A DNA stretch of 64,000 nt, from the NCBI GenBank assembly GCA_033764015.1, contig JANRJK010000013.1, forward strand, positions 64,001 through 128,000. Direction: 5' to 3'. Each line of letters begins with the position of its first letter. The first letter of the stretch is position 1. The notes below the pieces were generated by a model. The model was given only the letters and a program-made list of their open reading frames with translations. It did no database searches and had not been told where the DNA came from. This DNA comes from Candidatus Sumerlaeia bacterium. Its GTDB lineage: Bacteria > Sumerlaeota > Sumerlaeia > SLMS01 > JANRJK01. Both the position numbers and the translations under genes were made by a program. Positions 1 through 9,125 of the stretch are shown here, piece after piece.

Positions 1-644
1 GCAACCTCTGCTTCGGCACGCTCGAAGGCGTCGAGGTCGTCGTCATGCAGGGCCGCTTCCACCGCTACGAAGGGTGGACGATGCAGCAGGTCACCTATCC
101 GGTGCGCGTGATGAAGGCGCTCGGGGTGGACACGCTCATCGTGATGAACGCGGTCGGCAGCGTGAACCCGCTGATCCCGACGGGATCGCTGGTGCTTGTC
201 ACGGACCACATCAACCTGATGGGCGACAACCCGCTGATCGGGCCGAACGACGAGCGGCTCGGCGTGCGCTTCCCGGACATGAGCGAGCCCTACAACCGCG
301 CGCTGATCGCCGTCGGCGAGCGCGTCGCCCTGGAGAAGCGCATCCGCGTCCACCGCGGCGTCCTCGTCTCCGTCACCGGTCCGAACCTCGAGACCGCCGC
401 GGAGTACCGCATGTTCCAGCGCATCGGCGCCGACATGGTCACCATGTCGACGATTCCCGAGGTGATCGTCGCCGTCCACTCCGGCGTGCGCGTGGTGGCG
501 CTCTCGACCGTGACAGACGCCTGCCTGCCGGACGCTTTGAAGCCCGCCGACCTGCACGAGATCATCGCCGTCGCCAACAGCCGCGAAGCGGACCGGTGCG
601 CGCTGGTGCGCGGCCTGATCGCCGAAATCGGCATGGGCGCGTAG
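1..644 (+). CDS. punA: Purine-nucleoside phosphorylase (trimeric PNP family), 5'-truncated
   Basis: Motifs MQGRFHRYEG, DHINLMGDNPLIGPN, RFPDMSEPY, GPNLETAAE, GADMVTMSTIPE. The frame is open to the window edge. Confidence 0.9.
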   Translation, partial: NLCFGTLEGVEVVVMQGRFHRYEGWTMQQVTYPVRVMKALGVDTLIVMNAVGSVNPLIPTGSLVLVTDHINLMGDNPLIGPNDERLGVRFPDMSEPYNRALIAVGERVALEKRIRVHRGVLVSVTGPNLETAAEYRMFQRIGADMVTMSTIPEVIVAVHSGVRVVALSTVTDACLPDALKPADLHEIIAVANSREADRCALVRGLIAEIGMGA

Positions 645-676
645 CCGGCCCGGCTCCATTCCCGTCCCCGGAAACG

Positions 677-714
677 AAGACAGCCCGCGGCCGGATCCGG
701 CCGCGGGCTGTCTT
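677..714. terminator. Perfect 38-bp palindrome, probable bidirectional terminator
   Basis: AAGACAGCCCGCGGCCGGA/TCCGGCCGCGGGCTGTCTT lies between convergent genes and is followed by a T-rich tail. Confidence 0.75.
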
Positions 715-752
715 GTTCTTCCTGCCTCCGGTTGCCGGAGGCGGGGCCGCGC

Positions 753-2195
753 TTACTCGCCCAGTTCGATCCGCGTGATCTCCACGTCCTCGAACTGGCT
801 CTTGATGTCCGCTTCCGGGCCGACCAGGAGCACCACGAGGTCCTCCGGGTTGGTGCGTTCGCGGGCGAGGCGCTGGATGTCCTCGGCGGTGACCGCCTCG
901 ATGGCAGGCAGGTAGCGCTCGAGCCAGTCCGCCGGGTAGCCGTCGCGGTCGTTCAGCATCTGCCGGTTCACGATCTCGCCGGCGGAGTCGAAGCTGAAGA
1001 TGTAGCTGTTCGCGATGGCGCGCTTCGCCTGCTGCAGCTCCTCGGGCGTGACCGGTTCCGTCCGCATGCGCTCGACCTGCGTGAGCACCGCGTCGTGCAG
1101 CTCGCGCACCGTGGCGTTCCGCGTGGAGGAGCCGATGGTGTAGGAGCCGTTGTACTGGCTCATCGTGAGGGCGCCGGAGATCCCGTAGGTGAGGCCGCGC
1201 GTGGAGCGGATGTCGCCCATGAGGCGCGAGCCGAAGCCGCCGGTGCCGAAGATCTCGTTGTAGACCTGCGCGTTGAAGAAATCCGGATCGTGCATCGGCA
1301 GCCCGAGGTGCCCCATGCGGACCTGCGTCTGCGTGGTGTCCTTGGCGACCAGGTACACGCCGGGCTTCGGCGGCGCCGGGGGCTCGGGGTAGGCGAAGAC
1401 CCGCTGGCGGGCGGTGGGCAGGCTGCCGAACGCGGCCTCGAGGTCGCGCAGGAGCACTTCCCGGTCGAAGTCGCCCCACGCCGCGATCAGCGTGTCCTTC
1501 GGCCCGACGATCCGTGCGTGCAGGTCCACCACGGCGGCGCGGTCGATCGCGTTGATCGACTCGACGGAGGACTCCGCGGCGAGGAAGCTGTCCTTGCCGT
1601 AGAGCGCCTGGCGGAAGCCTCGGCGCGCGAGGCCCGCGGGGCTGTCCGCGCGGCGGCGGATGCCTTCCAGGGACTGGGACTTCGCGAGGTCGATCTTCTC
1701 CTGCGGCAGGAGCGGATTCCGCGCGAGGTCCGAGGCGATGGCGAGCACCTTCGAGGCGTCGCGCGAGAGCGAGCTGACGCTGATCGTGGTGCTTTCGCCG
1801 CCGACGCCGGTCTCGACGGAAGCCGCGAGGTACTCGAGCTCGTCGTTCAGCTTCTCCTCCGGCCAGTTGCGGCTCCCGCCGTTGCGCCAGGCGGACGACA
1901 GGACGCCGCCCACGCCGGTGACGGAGGCCGGTTCGAGGTTGTCGCCGTTCGGGAAGAGGATGCGCGCGTTGAACACGGGCAGCGAGTCGTCGGCGAGCAG
2001 GTACACCTTGATGCCGTTGGAGAGCTGCGTCACCTCGGCGGTGGGCGCGTCGAAGACGAGCGCGGGGAATTCAAGCTTTTCGGGGCGGTCGGGGATCGAG
2101 GCGCCGCCGAGGTGCGCGCAGCCGGAGAGCGTGGCCGCCGCGAGCGCGGCGCACGCCGCGCTGATCAGGAACTTCGCAGGAATACGGTTCTTCAC
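753..2195 (-). CDS. M16 (insulinase) family peptidase, non-catalytic subunit, lipoprotein
   Basis: No HxxEH motif. Has GGFGSRLMGDIRSTRGLTY and a lipobox LSGC. GTG start overlaps the upstream TGA (GTGA). Confidence 0.85.
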   Translation of the reverse strand: MKNRIPAKFLISAACAALAAATLSGCAHLGGASIPDRPEKLEFPALVFDAPTAEVTQLSNGIKVYLLADDSLPVFNARILFPNGDNLEPASVTGVGGVLSSAWRNGGSRNWPEEKLNDELEYLAASVETGVGGESTTISVSSLSRDASKVLAIASDLARNPLLPQEKIDLAKSQSLEGIRRRADSPAGLARRGFRQALYGKDSFLAAESSVESINAIDRAAVVDLHARIVGPKDTLIAAWGDFDREVLLRDLEAAFGSLPTARQRVFAYPEPPAPPKPGVYLVAKDTTQTQVRMGHLGLPMHDPDFFNAQVYNEIFGTGGFGSRLMGDIRSTRGLTYGISGALTMSQYNGSYTIGSSTRNATVRELHDAVLTQVERMRTEPVTPEELQQAKRAIANSYIFSFDSAGEIVNRQMLNDRDGYPADWLERYLPAIEAVTAEDIQRLARERTNPEDLVVLLVGPEADIKSQFEDVEITRIELGE

Positions 2196-3691
2196 TGGGC
2201 CGCCTCCGGGCGCTCGAGCCACGCCACCGTCCGGTTGTTGCGCGTGAGGTACTGCTTCACGACGCGCTGGATGTCCTCCGACGTGACCGCGAGGAGCCGG
2301 TCGCGCTCCTGTTCGAGCAGGCGCGCGTCGCCGAGCTGGTGGTGCGCCTGCGCCAGCGTCGTCGCGAGGCCCATGTTGCTCCCCGCCAGGCGGATGAAGC
2401 CCGCCTCGACGTTGTTGCGAGCGCGCTCCAGCTCACGCTCCGTCACGCCGTTCTCGGCGACTTCCTCGAGGATCGCGTAGATCTCCTTCTCGAGGTCGAA
2501 GACCGAGTGCGGGGCCTTGGGCGTCGCGAAGATCGCGAAGGCGTTCATGTACTTGTCGCCCGGGGTGCCGTTCGACGCGTCGACGCTGACCGCCATCTGC
2601 TTTTCGACCACGAGCGCGCGGTAGAACCGCGAGGTGCGGCCGTCGCCGAGCACCGAGCCGAGGATCGTGAAGGCGGCGTCGTCGTCGCTGGGCGAGGTCG
2701 GCTTCAGCCAGCCGATGATCATGCTCGGTTCCGCGTCGAACTCGACGGAGACGCGGGCCTCGGCGCGCGGGGCCGGCTCGCGGACCGCGAGCCGCTGCGG
2801 CGCGCCGGGAGCGTCCCAGGTGCCGAAGTACTTGTCCGCCAGCCGCTTAACCTCTTCCGGGTCGACGTTCCCGACGATCGCCACCGCGACGGAGCGCGGG
2901 CCGTAGAACTTCTTCCGGAACTCCTCCGCCATGGGGCGGGTGATCGACTCGATGTCGCTCTCCCAGCCGATGATCGGCTTCCCGTAGGGATGGGCGGCGA
3001 AGACGGTCGTGGTGAACTTCTCGTAGAGCAGGCCGAAGGGGCTGTCGTCGGTTCGCTGGCGGCGCTCCTCGCGGACCACGTCGCGCTCGCTGTAGAATTC
3101 GCGCATGATCGGTTGGCGCATCCGGTCCGCCTCGAGCCAGAACCAGAGCTCGAGCTTGTTGCTCGGGAGCGAGGCGTAGTAGTTGGTGAAGTCCGCGCTG
3201 GTGGACGCGTTGATGCCGGTCGCCCCCTCGCGCTGCATGATCGAGTCGAACTCGTCCTTCACGATGAAGGCGGCCTGCTGCTCCTGCAGCTTGCGGATGC
3301 CGGCGCGCAGCTCCTCGACCTTCGCGCGGTCGGGCTGGTTCTTGCCGAGCTCGGCGCGGGCCTCCTCGGCGAGGCGGTCCATCTCCTCCATGATCGGCAG
3401 TTCCGCGGCGAGGTTCGTCGTGCCGATGCGGTGGGTGCCCTTGAAGGCCATGTGCTCGAACATGTGGGCGACGCCGGTCTCGCCGTAGACCTCGTCGACG
3501 CCGGCGACGCTGACCGACGTGGTGGCCGCGAAGACCGGGGCGCCCTCGCGGGGGTACACGAGGAACGTCATGCCGTTGTCGAGCTTGTACTCGACCAGGC
3601 GCTCGCTGATTTCCTGCGCGGAGACGGGAAGCGCCGCCGCGAGGCAGAGCGCCGCGGCTCCGATCCGCGCCAACAGGGGTGAACTTCTCAT
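2192..3691 (-). CDS. M16 family zinc peptidase, catalytic subunit, secreted
   Basis: Motifs GVAHMFEHMAFKGT, NASTSADFTNY, ERDVVREERRQR, HPYGKPIIG, plus an N-terminal signal peptide (VSA-QE). Confidence 0.9.
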   Translation of the reverse strand: MRSSPLLARIGAAALCLAAALPVSAQEISERLVEYKLDNGMTFLVYPREGAPVFAATTSVSVAGVDEVYGETGVAHMFEHMAFKGTHRIGTTNLAAELPIMEEMDRLAEEARAELGKNQPDRAKVEELRAGIRKLQEQQAAFIVKDEFDSIMQREGATGINASTSADFTNYYASLPSNKLELWFWLEADRMRQPIMREFYSERDVVREERRQRTDDSPFGLLYEKFTTTVFAAHPYGKPIIGWESDIESITRPMAEEFRKKFYGPRSVAVAIVGNVDPEEVKRLADKYFGTWDAPGAPQRLAVREPAPRAEARVSVEFDAEPSMIIGWLKPTSPSDDDAAFTILGSVLGDGRTSRFYRALVVEKQMAVSVDASNGTPGDKYMNAFAIFATPKAPHSVFDLEKEIYAILEEVAENGVTERELERARNNVEAGFIRLAGSNMGLATTLAQAHHQLGDARLLEQERDRLLAVTSEDIQRVVKQYLTRNNRTVAWLERPEAAQ

Positions 3692-3832
3692 GGAGTGGGT
3701 GACTCCTCCGGGATGGACAGCCGGCGCCGGGGATGGTGGCGCCAACTGTTTCATTCGCGCATGCGCGCGAAACCTTCAATCCCGGGGCGCGGCGGCCTTG
3801 CGCGTCCGCCCGATCGGCGGCATACACCTTCC

Positions 3833-4585
3833 ATGGCCAGCCCCCCTCCCGCGTCCCCCCCGAAACCGCCCGCCCCGAAGGCGCCCGCACCGCCCCCGCT
3901 CGTCCTGATCCATGGCCTCGGCGTGGTCCCGCAGGTGTGGACGCTCCACGCGTGGCGCTTCCGACGCGCCGGGCGCGAGGTGCATGTGTTCGGATACAAC
4001 TCCTACGGCCCCGGCATCCCCCAGATCGCCGAGCGGATCGCCCGGCGGATGGCGGAGCTAGGCCCCGGGCCGCTCGACGTGGCGACCCACTCCATGGGCG
4101 GCATCGTCCTGCGCTGGGCATTCAACAACCACCCTATCCCGCGCCTTCGCCGCGTCGTGATGATCGGCCCGCCCAACCGCGGCGCCTCCTTCGCCGACTT
4201 CCTCGACCACCGGGTGCCGTGGCTCGCGCGCCCCGTGCTTGGCGACGCGTTCCTCCAGCTCCGCACCGGCGACCTCGGGCTGGCAGCGCGCGCCGGGACG
4301 CTTCCCGGCGTCGAGGTGGGCGTGATCGCCGGCGGGCGCGGGCAGCCCCGCGGCCTCAACCCATTCATCGACGGCGACAACGACCGCTTGGTCGGCGTGC
4401 AGGAGACGCTCCTCCCCGGCATGAAGGACTTCCTGCTCGTGCGCGCGGACCACACCTGGCAGCTCGTAAGTCCGAAGGTCTCCCGCGCGGTGCTGCACTT
4501 CCTCGACCACGGCCGTTTCCCGCACGGGGCGGAGCCCAAGCCCCGAGCCGCGCGCGCGCCCGCCGCGGAGGGGCCCGCCGCGTGA
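3833..4585 (+). CDS. Alpha/beta hydrolase (lipase/esterase-like)
   Basis: Motifs LVLIHGL, ATHSMGG nucleophile elbow, IGPPNRG, NDRLV and a catalytic His candidate (ADH). Confidence 0.8.
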   Translation: MASPPPASPPKPPAPKAPAPPPLVLIHGLGVVPQVWTLHAWRFRRAGREVHVFGYNSYGPGIPQIAERIARRMAELGPGPLDVATHSMGGIVLRWAFNNHPIPRLRRVVMIGPPNRGASFADFLDHRVPWLARPVLGDAFLQLRTGDLGLAARAGTLPGVEVGVIAGGRGQPRGLNPFIDGDNDRLVGVQETLLPGMKDFLLVRADHTWQLVSPKVSRAVLHFLDHGRFPHGAEPKPRAARAPAAEGPAA

Positions 4586-5190
4586 ACCCCGCCGCGCCGC
4601 CCACGCCGCGCTGGAAGCGCCTCGCCGCGATCGTCGGCGCGTTCGCCGCCCTCAACCTCGTGCTTTGGTTCTTTCTCCACGGCGTCGGCGACGACATCGA
4701 ATGGCAGTCCGACCTCGCGCGGGCGGACGCCGCGTTCGAGGACGGACGCGCCGAGGACGCCTCGCGCCTGATCGAGGACTTCGCCCGCCGCTGGCCCGGT
4801 GCGCGCGACACTTTCGGCTACCAGGAAAAGGCGGGCCGCTACCACGAAGCCGCCGGACGCCATGCCGCGGCGGCGCAAGCGTACGACCTCGCCCTCGCCA
4901 TCCGCCCAGCGACCAAGGGGCTCGCCGCGCGCGCCGCGGAAATGCACCGCCTGGCCGGCAACGCGGACCGCGCCACCACGCTCTTCCTGTACGAGCTCTC
5001 GAAGGGCGACGCCGCCAACGACCTCGCCCTGGTCCGCATCGGGCAGGCGTTCCTCGACGACGGCGAACTGCTCGCCGCCTTCGACCAGTTCGGCAAGGTG
5101 CGCGACCGCGAGCGCTTCGCCGAAGAGCTCGCCGAGGCGAACGCGCGGCTCCGCGCCGAGTTGCCGGAACTCGCCGAGTTCGATCCCTGA
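4582..5190 (+). CDS. Membrane-anchored TPR-like protein
   Basis: N-terminal TM segment (LAAIVGAFAALNLVLWFFL) followed by helical Ala-rich repeats. GTGA overlap with the upstream gene. Confidence 0.6.
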   Translation: MNPAAPPTPRWKRLAAIVGAFAALNLVLWFFLHGVGDDIEWQSDLARADAAFEDGRAEDASRLIEDFARRWPGARDTFGYQEKAGRYHEAAGRHAAAAQAYDLALAIRPATKGLAARAAEMHRLAGNADRATTLFLYELSKGDAANDLALVRIGQAFLDDGELLAAFDQFGKVRDRERFAEELAEANARLRAELPELAEFDP

Positions 5191-5236
5191 CGCATCGCGG
5201 GCGGGCCCGTCGCGGGCCCGCCCGCGCGAACCAACG

Positions 5237-5740
5237 TCAGAAGTTCGGGAAGTCCGCCGTCGGGCCGTAAGCGGACGGCACCGGCACATCCAGCAGGCGC
5301 AGGTACACGCCGAGCTGCGCCCGGTGGTGGACGAGGTGGTTCAGGATGAAGCCGCGCATCACCGCGATCCGGGGCATCGACAGGTGCACGTGGTCGCCGG
5401 ACTTCATGGTCCACGTGACGAAGAAGTCATGGTCCCCAGCCTTGCCGAGGATCGACCGCGCCGCCGCCATGCCCTCTTCGAGCACCTTCAGCGCGTCGGC
5501 CTTCCCCGCGATCACCGTCGGCTTGTAGTCGCCGCTGGCGAAATCCATCACCTCCAGCGTCATCGTCTCCTTCGTCCAGCCGGGGATCTCGGCGACGTGC
5601 GCGGCGAGCTGGCGCAGCGTCATCGACTTCGCGTGCGGCTGCCAATCCAGCTTCTCGTCGGGGATCGCTTCCAGGTACTTGCGGGTCGAGACGGCCTCGT
5701 GCTCGAGCTCGCCCAGCATCGATGCGGCGATGTTGCCCAT
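5237..5740 (-). CDS. DinB/YfiT family protein
   Basis: Motifs WQPHAKSMTLRQLAAHVA and NHLVHHRAQLGVYLRLLDVPVPSAYGP. Confidence 0.85.
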   Translation of the reverse strand: MGNIAASMLGELEHEAVSTRKYLEAIPDEKLDWQPHAKSMTLRQLAAHVAEIPGWTKETMTLEVMDFASGDYKPTVIAGKADALKVLEEGMAAARSILGKAGDHDFFVTWTMKSGDHVHLSMPRIAVMRGFILNHLVHHRAQLGVYLRLLDVPVPSAYGPTADFPNF

Positions 5741-5937
5741 GGTCGGTGCTCCAAAGTGGAGAAATGTGGTGCTGCGATGAGCGGGAGGCTTGGCGAAGAT
5801 TTGGGGAAAGCGCAAGCGGATTCGCCCGCGTTCGGACAATCCCCCGATCCCGCCGCCGCCGCGCGCCGCATCCCGCTTGTTTCGCGGGACCGCCCCGGCG
5901 CACCCTCCACCCAACCTTCCGCCCTGCGAGCCCCGCC

Positions 5938-7092
5938 ATGCCGAAGTCGCCGCATCGCCCCCGATCCGTGGCCACGGTCGCGGACATCCGCTCCGCGCTG
6001 GAGCGTATCGCCCCCAGCCGCTACGCCGAGGAGTGGGACAACGTCGGCCTGCAGGTCGGCGCGGCGCAGGACCCCGTGCTTCGCGTGATGGTGGCGCTGG
6101 AGATGAGCACCGATGTGCTCGCCGAAGCCGCCGCCACGAAGGCGCAGCTGGTGGTCACGCACCACCCGCTGCTGTTCCGCCCGCGCTCCACCTACGAGAT
6201 CGTCGATCCGGTCTCGCGCTTGATGGCGGAGCTGGTCCGACGACGCATCGCGCTGCTCGCGGCGCACACGAATCTCGACTCGGTCCGCGGCGGCACGAAC
6301 GAGGAGTTGGCCGACCGGCTCGGCCTCGCCCCGGAGCGGCGCTTCCTGCGCCCGATCGACGCGCAGGCCGACGCGCTCAAGTTCGCCGTCTTCGTCCCGG
6401 CCACGCACCTCGACGCGGTGACGGAAGCGATCGCCGCCGCGGGCGCCGGTGTCATCGGCAAGTACACGCACTGCACGTTTCGTTCGCCCGGTACCGGCAC
6501 CTACAAGCCCGGCCTCGGCGCGAACCCCTTCACGGGGGTGGCGGGACGGCTTGAGCAGGCCGCGGAGCTCCGGGTCGAGGCGCTCTGCCCGAAGCCGCTC
6601 GCCGGGGCGCTCGTGGCCGCCGTTCGCGCCGCGCACCCGTACGAGGAAATGGCGTTCGACTTCTTCGAACTGGCTCCGGACCCCGTGCCGCGCGCCGGTC
6701 TCGGGTTGGTCGGGGCATTGCCGAGGGAAGCGACGCTCGCGGCGTTCGCCAAGAAGGTGAAGCGCGCGCTCGGCATCGACTCCATCGGCGTCGTCGGCGA
6801 GCCGGACCGGGTGGTGCGGACGGTTTCGCTGTGCACCGGCTCCGGCGGCGAGTTCGTCCGCAACGGCGAGGTCGGCGGGGCCGATGTCTTCGTTACCGGC
6901 GAGATGAGCCACCACGACTGCTGGGAAGCCATGGAGCGCGGCATCGCGGTCCTGCTGGTCGGGCACTTCGCCAGCGAGGCGATCGTCTGCGAGCGGCTCC
7001 GCCGGGCGCTCGGGGCGGAACTGCATGGCGCCGGCTTCGAGGTCGAGGTGGGGGTGGCGGCGCTGCAGCCGAACCCGCTGCGGCGTCTGTAG
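5938..7092 (+). CDS. Nif3-like dinuclear metal centre protein (YqfO type, with PII-like insert)
   Basis: Motifs WDNVGLQVG, THHPLLF, AHTNLD, IGKYTHCTF, HPYEEMA, GHFASE. Confidence 0.9.
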   Translation: MPKSPHRPRSVATVADIRSALERIAPSRYAEEWDNVGLQVGAAQDPVLRVMVALEMSTDVLAEAAATKAQLVVTHHPLLFRPRSTYEIVDPVSRLMAELVRRRIALLAAHTNLDSVRGGTNEELADRLGLAPERRFLRPIDAQADALKFAVFVPATHLDAVTEAIAAAGAGVIGKYTHCTFRSPGTGTYKPGLGANPFTGVAGRLEQAAELRVEALCPKPLAGALVAAVRAAHPYEEMAFDFFELAPDPVPRAGLGLVGALPREATLAAFAKKVKRALGIDSIGVVGEPDRVVRTVSLCTGSGGEFVRNGEVGGADVFVTGEMSHHDCWEAMERGIAVLLVGHFASEAIVCERLRRALGAELHGAGFEVEVGVAALQPNPLRRL

Positions 7093-7098
7093 CCGGGC

Positions 7099-7114
7099 TG
7101 GCCCGGCGGTTGCA
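7099..7114 (+). promoter_or_regulatory. Putative sigma54 promoter of htpG
   Basis: TGGCCCG-GCGG-TTGCA has GG-N10-GC spacing and ends 36 nt before the ATG. Confidence 0.6.
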
Positions 7115-7150
7115 ACCGGCCGGGGAAAACACACCCCCGAGGGGTTTCCC

Positions 7151-9007
7151 ATGACCGCCGCAGCCACACCCGAAACGCATGTCTTCCAGGCGGAAGTCCG
7201 CCAAATCCTCGACATCGTCACCCACTCGATCTACACGGACCGCGACGTCTTCGTGCGCGAGCTGGTGTCGAACGCGGCGGATGCCCTCGAGAAGTTCCGC
7301 CACGCCGCCGTGACCGCCGGCGACGACGTCGCCGATCCCGGCGCCGGGCTGGAAATCACGCTGGAAACCGACGACGCCGCGAAGCTCTTCATCATCCGCG
7401 ACACCGGCATCGGCATGACCCGCGAGGAGCTGATGGCCGGCCTGGGAACCATCGCCCACTCCGGCACGCGCTCCTTCCTGGCGCAGCTCGCCGAGGAAGC
7501 CCGCCGCGACGTCTCCGTGATCGGCAAGTTCGGCGTCGGCTTCTACAGCGCCTTCATGGTGGCGCAGAAGGTGACGGTCGAGACGCGCTCGTATCGTCCC
7601 GACGCACCCGGCTACCTGTGGGAAAGCACCGGCGACGGCTCCTTCACCATCGAGGAGCGCGGCGACCTGCCCCGCGGCACCCGCATCACGCTTCACCTCA
7701 AGGAGGACGCGGAGGAGTTCGCCCGCGCCTCCACGATCCGCGCCATCGTCAAGCGCTACTCCAGCTTCGTCCCCTTCCCGATCCACCTCGGCGGCGAGGT
7801 CGTCAACACGCAGCAGGCGCTCTGGGCCAAGGCCCCCAAAGACGTCTCCGCCGACGAGCACCGCGAGTTCTACAAGTACCTCCACGGCTCCGGCGACGAG
7901 CCGCTCCTCACGCTCCACTTCCGTAGCGACTCGCCGATCGACCTCAAGGCGCTGCTCTACGTTCCGAAGGAGAACGTCGAACGCCTCGGCTTCGGCAAGA
8001 TGTCGCCCGGAACCGACCTCTACTGCCGCAAGGTTCTCATCGAGAAGCACCCGGAAAACCTGCTCCCGGAGTGGCTTCGCTTCGTCCGCGGCGTCGTGGA
8101 CAGCGAAGACCTGCCCCTCAATCTGTCGCGCGAATCGATGCAGGATTCCGCGCTCCTGCGGCGCATCAACTCCGCCGTCACCGGGCGCTTCCTTCGCTTC
8201 CTCGCCGAGACGGCGAAGGACGAGCCCGCCCGCTACGCGGAGTTCTACGACTCCTTCGGCGTGTTCCTGAAGGAGGGGCTCGCGAACGACTTCGCCCACC
8301 GCGACCAGCTCGCGAAGCTGCTCCGGTTCCGCACCACGCGCACCGGCGCGGACGAGCGCATCGGCCTCGATGAATACGTGGCGCGCATGCCCGAAGGGCA
8401 GAAGGACATCTACTTCCTCAGCCTCCCCGAGGGCATCGCCCCGGAGACGAATCCCTACCTCGAAGCGTTCCGCGCGAAGGGCTACGAAGTGCTCCTCACC
8501 TCGGACGCCGGTGACGACTTCGTGCTGGCGAACCTCGGCCAGTACGAGGGCAAGGGCCTGCTCTCCGCCGACTCGCCGCTAGTCAAGTTCGACGACGTGG
8601 CGGGGGAGGGCGAGGCGCTGTCGGACGACGACGCGAAGGCGCTGTGCGGCTGGCTCAAGACCTCGCTCGGTGACCGTGTCGGTTCCGTCCGCTCCTCGGC
8701 GCGCCTGGTCGACAGTCCCGCCATGGTGGTCGGCGACGGCATGATGACGAATGCCATGCGCCGCGTGATGACCGCGATGGGACGCTCGGCCGGCGCGCCG
8801 CTCGGCTCCCTGACCCTCGAGATCAACCCGCGCCACGCGATCGTCCGCCAGCTCCACGCGCTCCGCGCGCAGGACGAGGCGTTCGCCAAGGCGCTCGCCG
8901 AGCAACTGCTCGACAGCACGCTGCTGGGCGCGGGCCTGCTGACCGACGTCGGCGCGATGGTGGCCCGCATGCAGGAGCTGATGCTCCGCGCGTCGAAGCG
9001 CGACTGA
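7151..9007 (+). CDS. htpG: Hsp90 chaperone HtpG
   Basis: Motifs FQAEVRQILDIVTHSIY, RELVSNAADA, DTGIGMT, IGKFGVGFYSAF, DSEDLPLNLSRE, LEINPRH. Confidence 0.97.
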   Translation: MTAAATPETHVFQAEVRQILDIVTHSIYTDRDVFVRELVSNAADALEKFRHAAVTAGDDVADPGAGLEITLETDDAAKLFIIRDTGIGMTREELMAGLGTIAHSGTRSFLAQLAEEARRDVSVIGKFGVGFYSAFMVAQKVTVETRSYRPDAPGYLWESTGDGSFTIEERGDLPRGTRITLHLKEDAEEFARASTIRAIVKRYSSFVPFPIHLGGEVVNTQQALWAKAPKDVSADEHREFYKYLHGSGDEPLLTLHFRSDSPIDLKALLYVPKENVERLGFGKMSPGTDLYCRKVLIEKHPENLLPEWLRFVRGVVDSEDLPLNLSRESMQDSALLRRINSAVTGRFLRFLAETAKDEPARYAEFYDSFGVFLKEGLANDFAHRDQLAKLLRFRTTRTGADERIGLDEYVARMPEGQKDIYFLSLPEGIAPETNPYLEAFRAKGYEVLLTSDAGDDFVLANLGQYEGKGLLSADSPLVKFDDVAGEGEALSDDDAKALCGWLKTSLGDRVGSVRSSARLVDSPAMVVGDGMMTNAMRRVMTAMGRSAGAPLGSLTLEINPRHAIVRQLHALRAQDEAFAKALAEQLLDSTLLGAGLLTDVGAMVARMQELMLRASKRD

Positions 9008-9038
9008 CCAGCCGCACTTTCCGCCCCGCGACGAACGG

Positions 9039-9068
9039 ACGCCGGGGGCCCCTCGGCCCCCGGCGTTT
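9039..9068 (+). terminator. Hairpin after htpG
   Basis: 12-bp stem ACGCCGGGGGCC/GGCCCCCGGCGT with a short T tail. Confidence 0.55.
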
Positions 9069-9125
9069 CGCATTCCACCCCGATGGCGGTTGCTCGCCCG
9101 CGCGTCGCGCCGCTATCTCCCCTGC

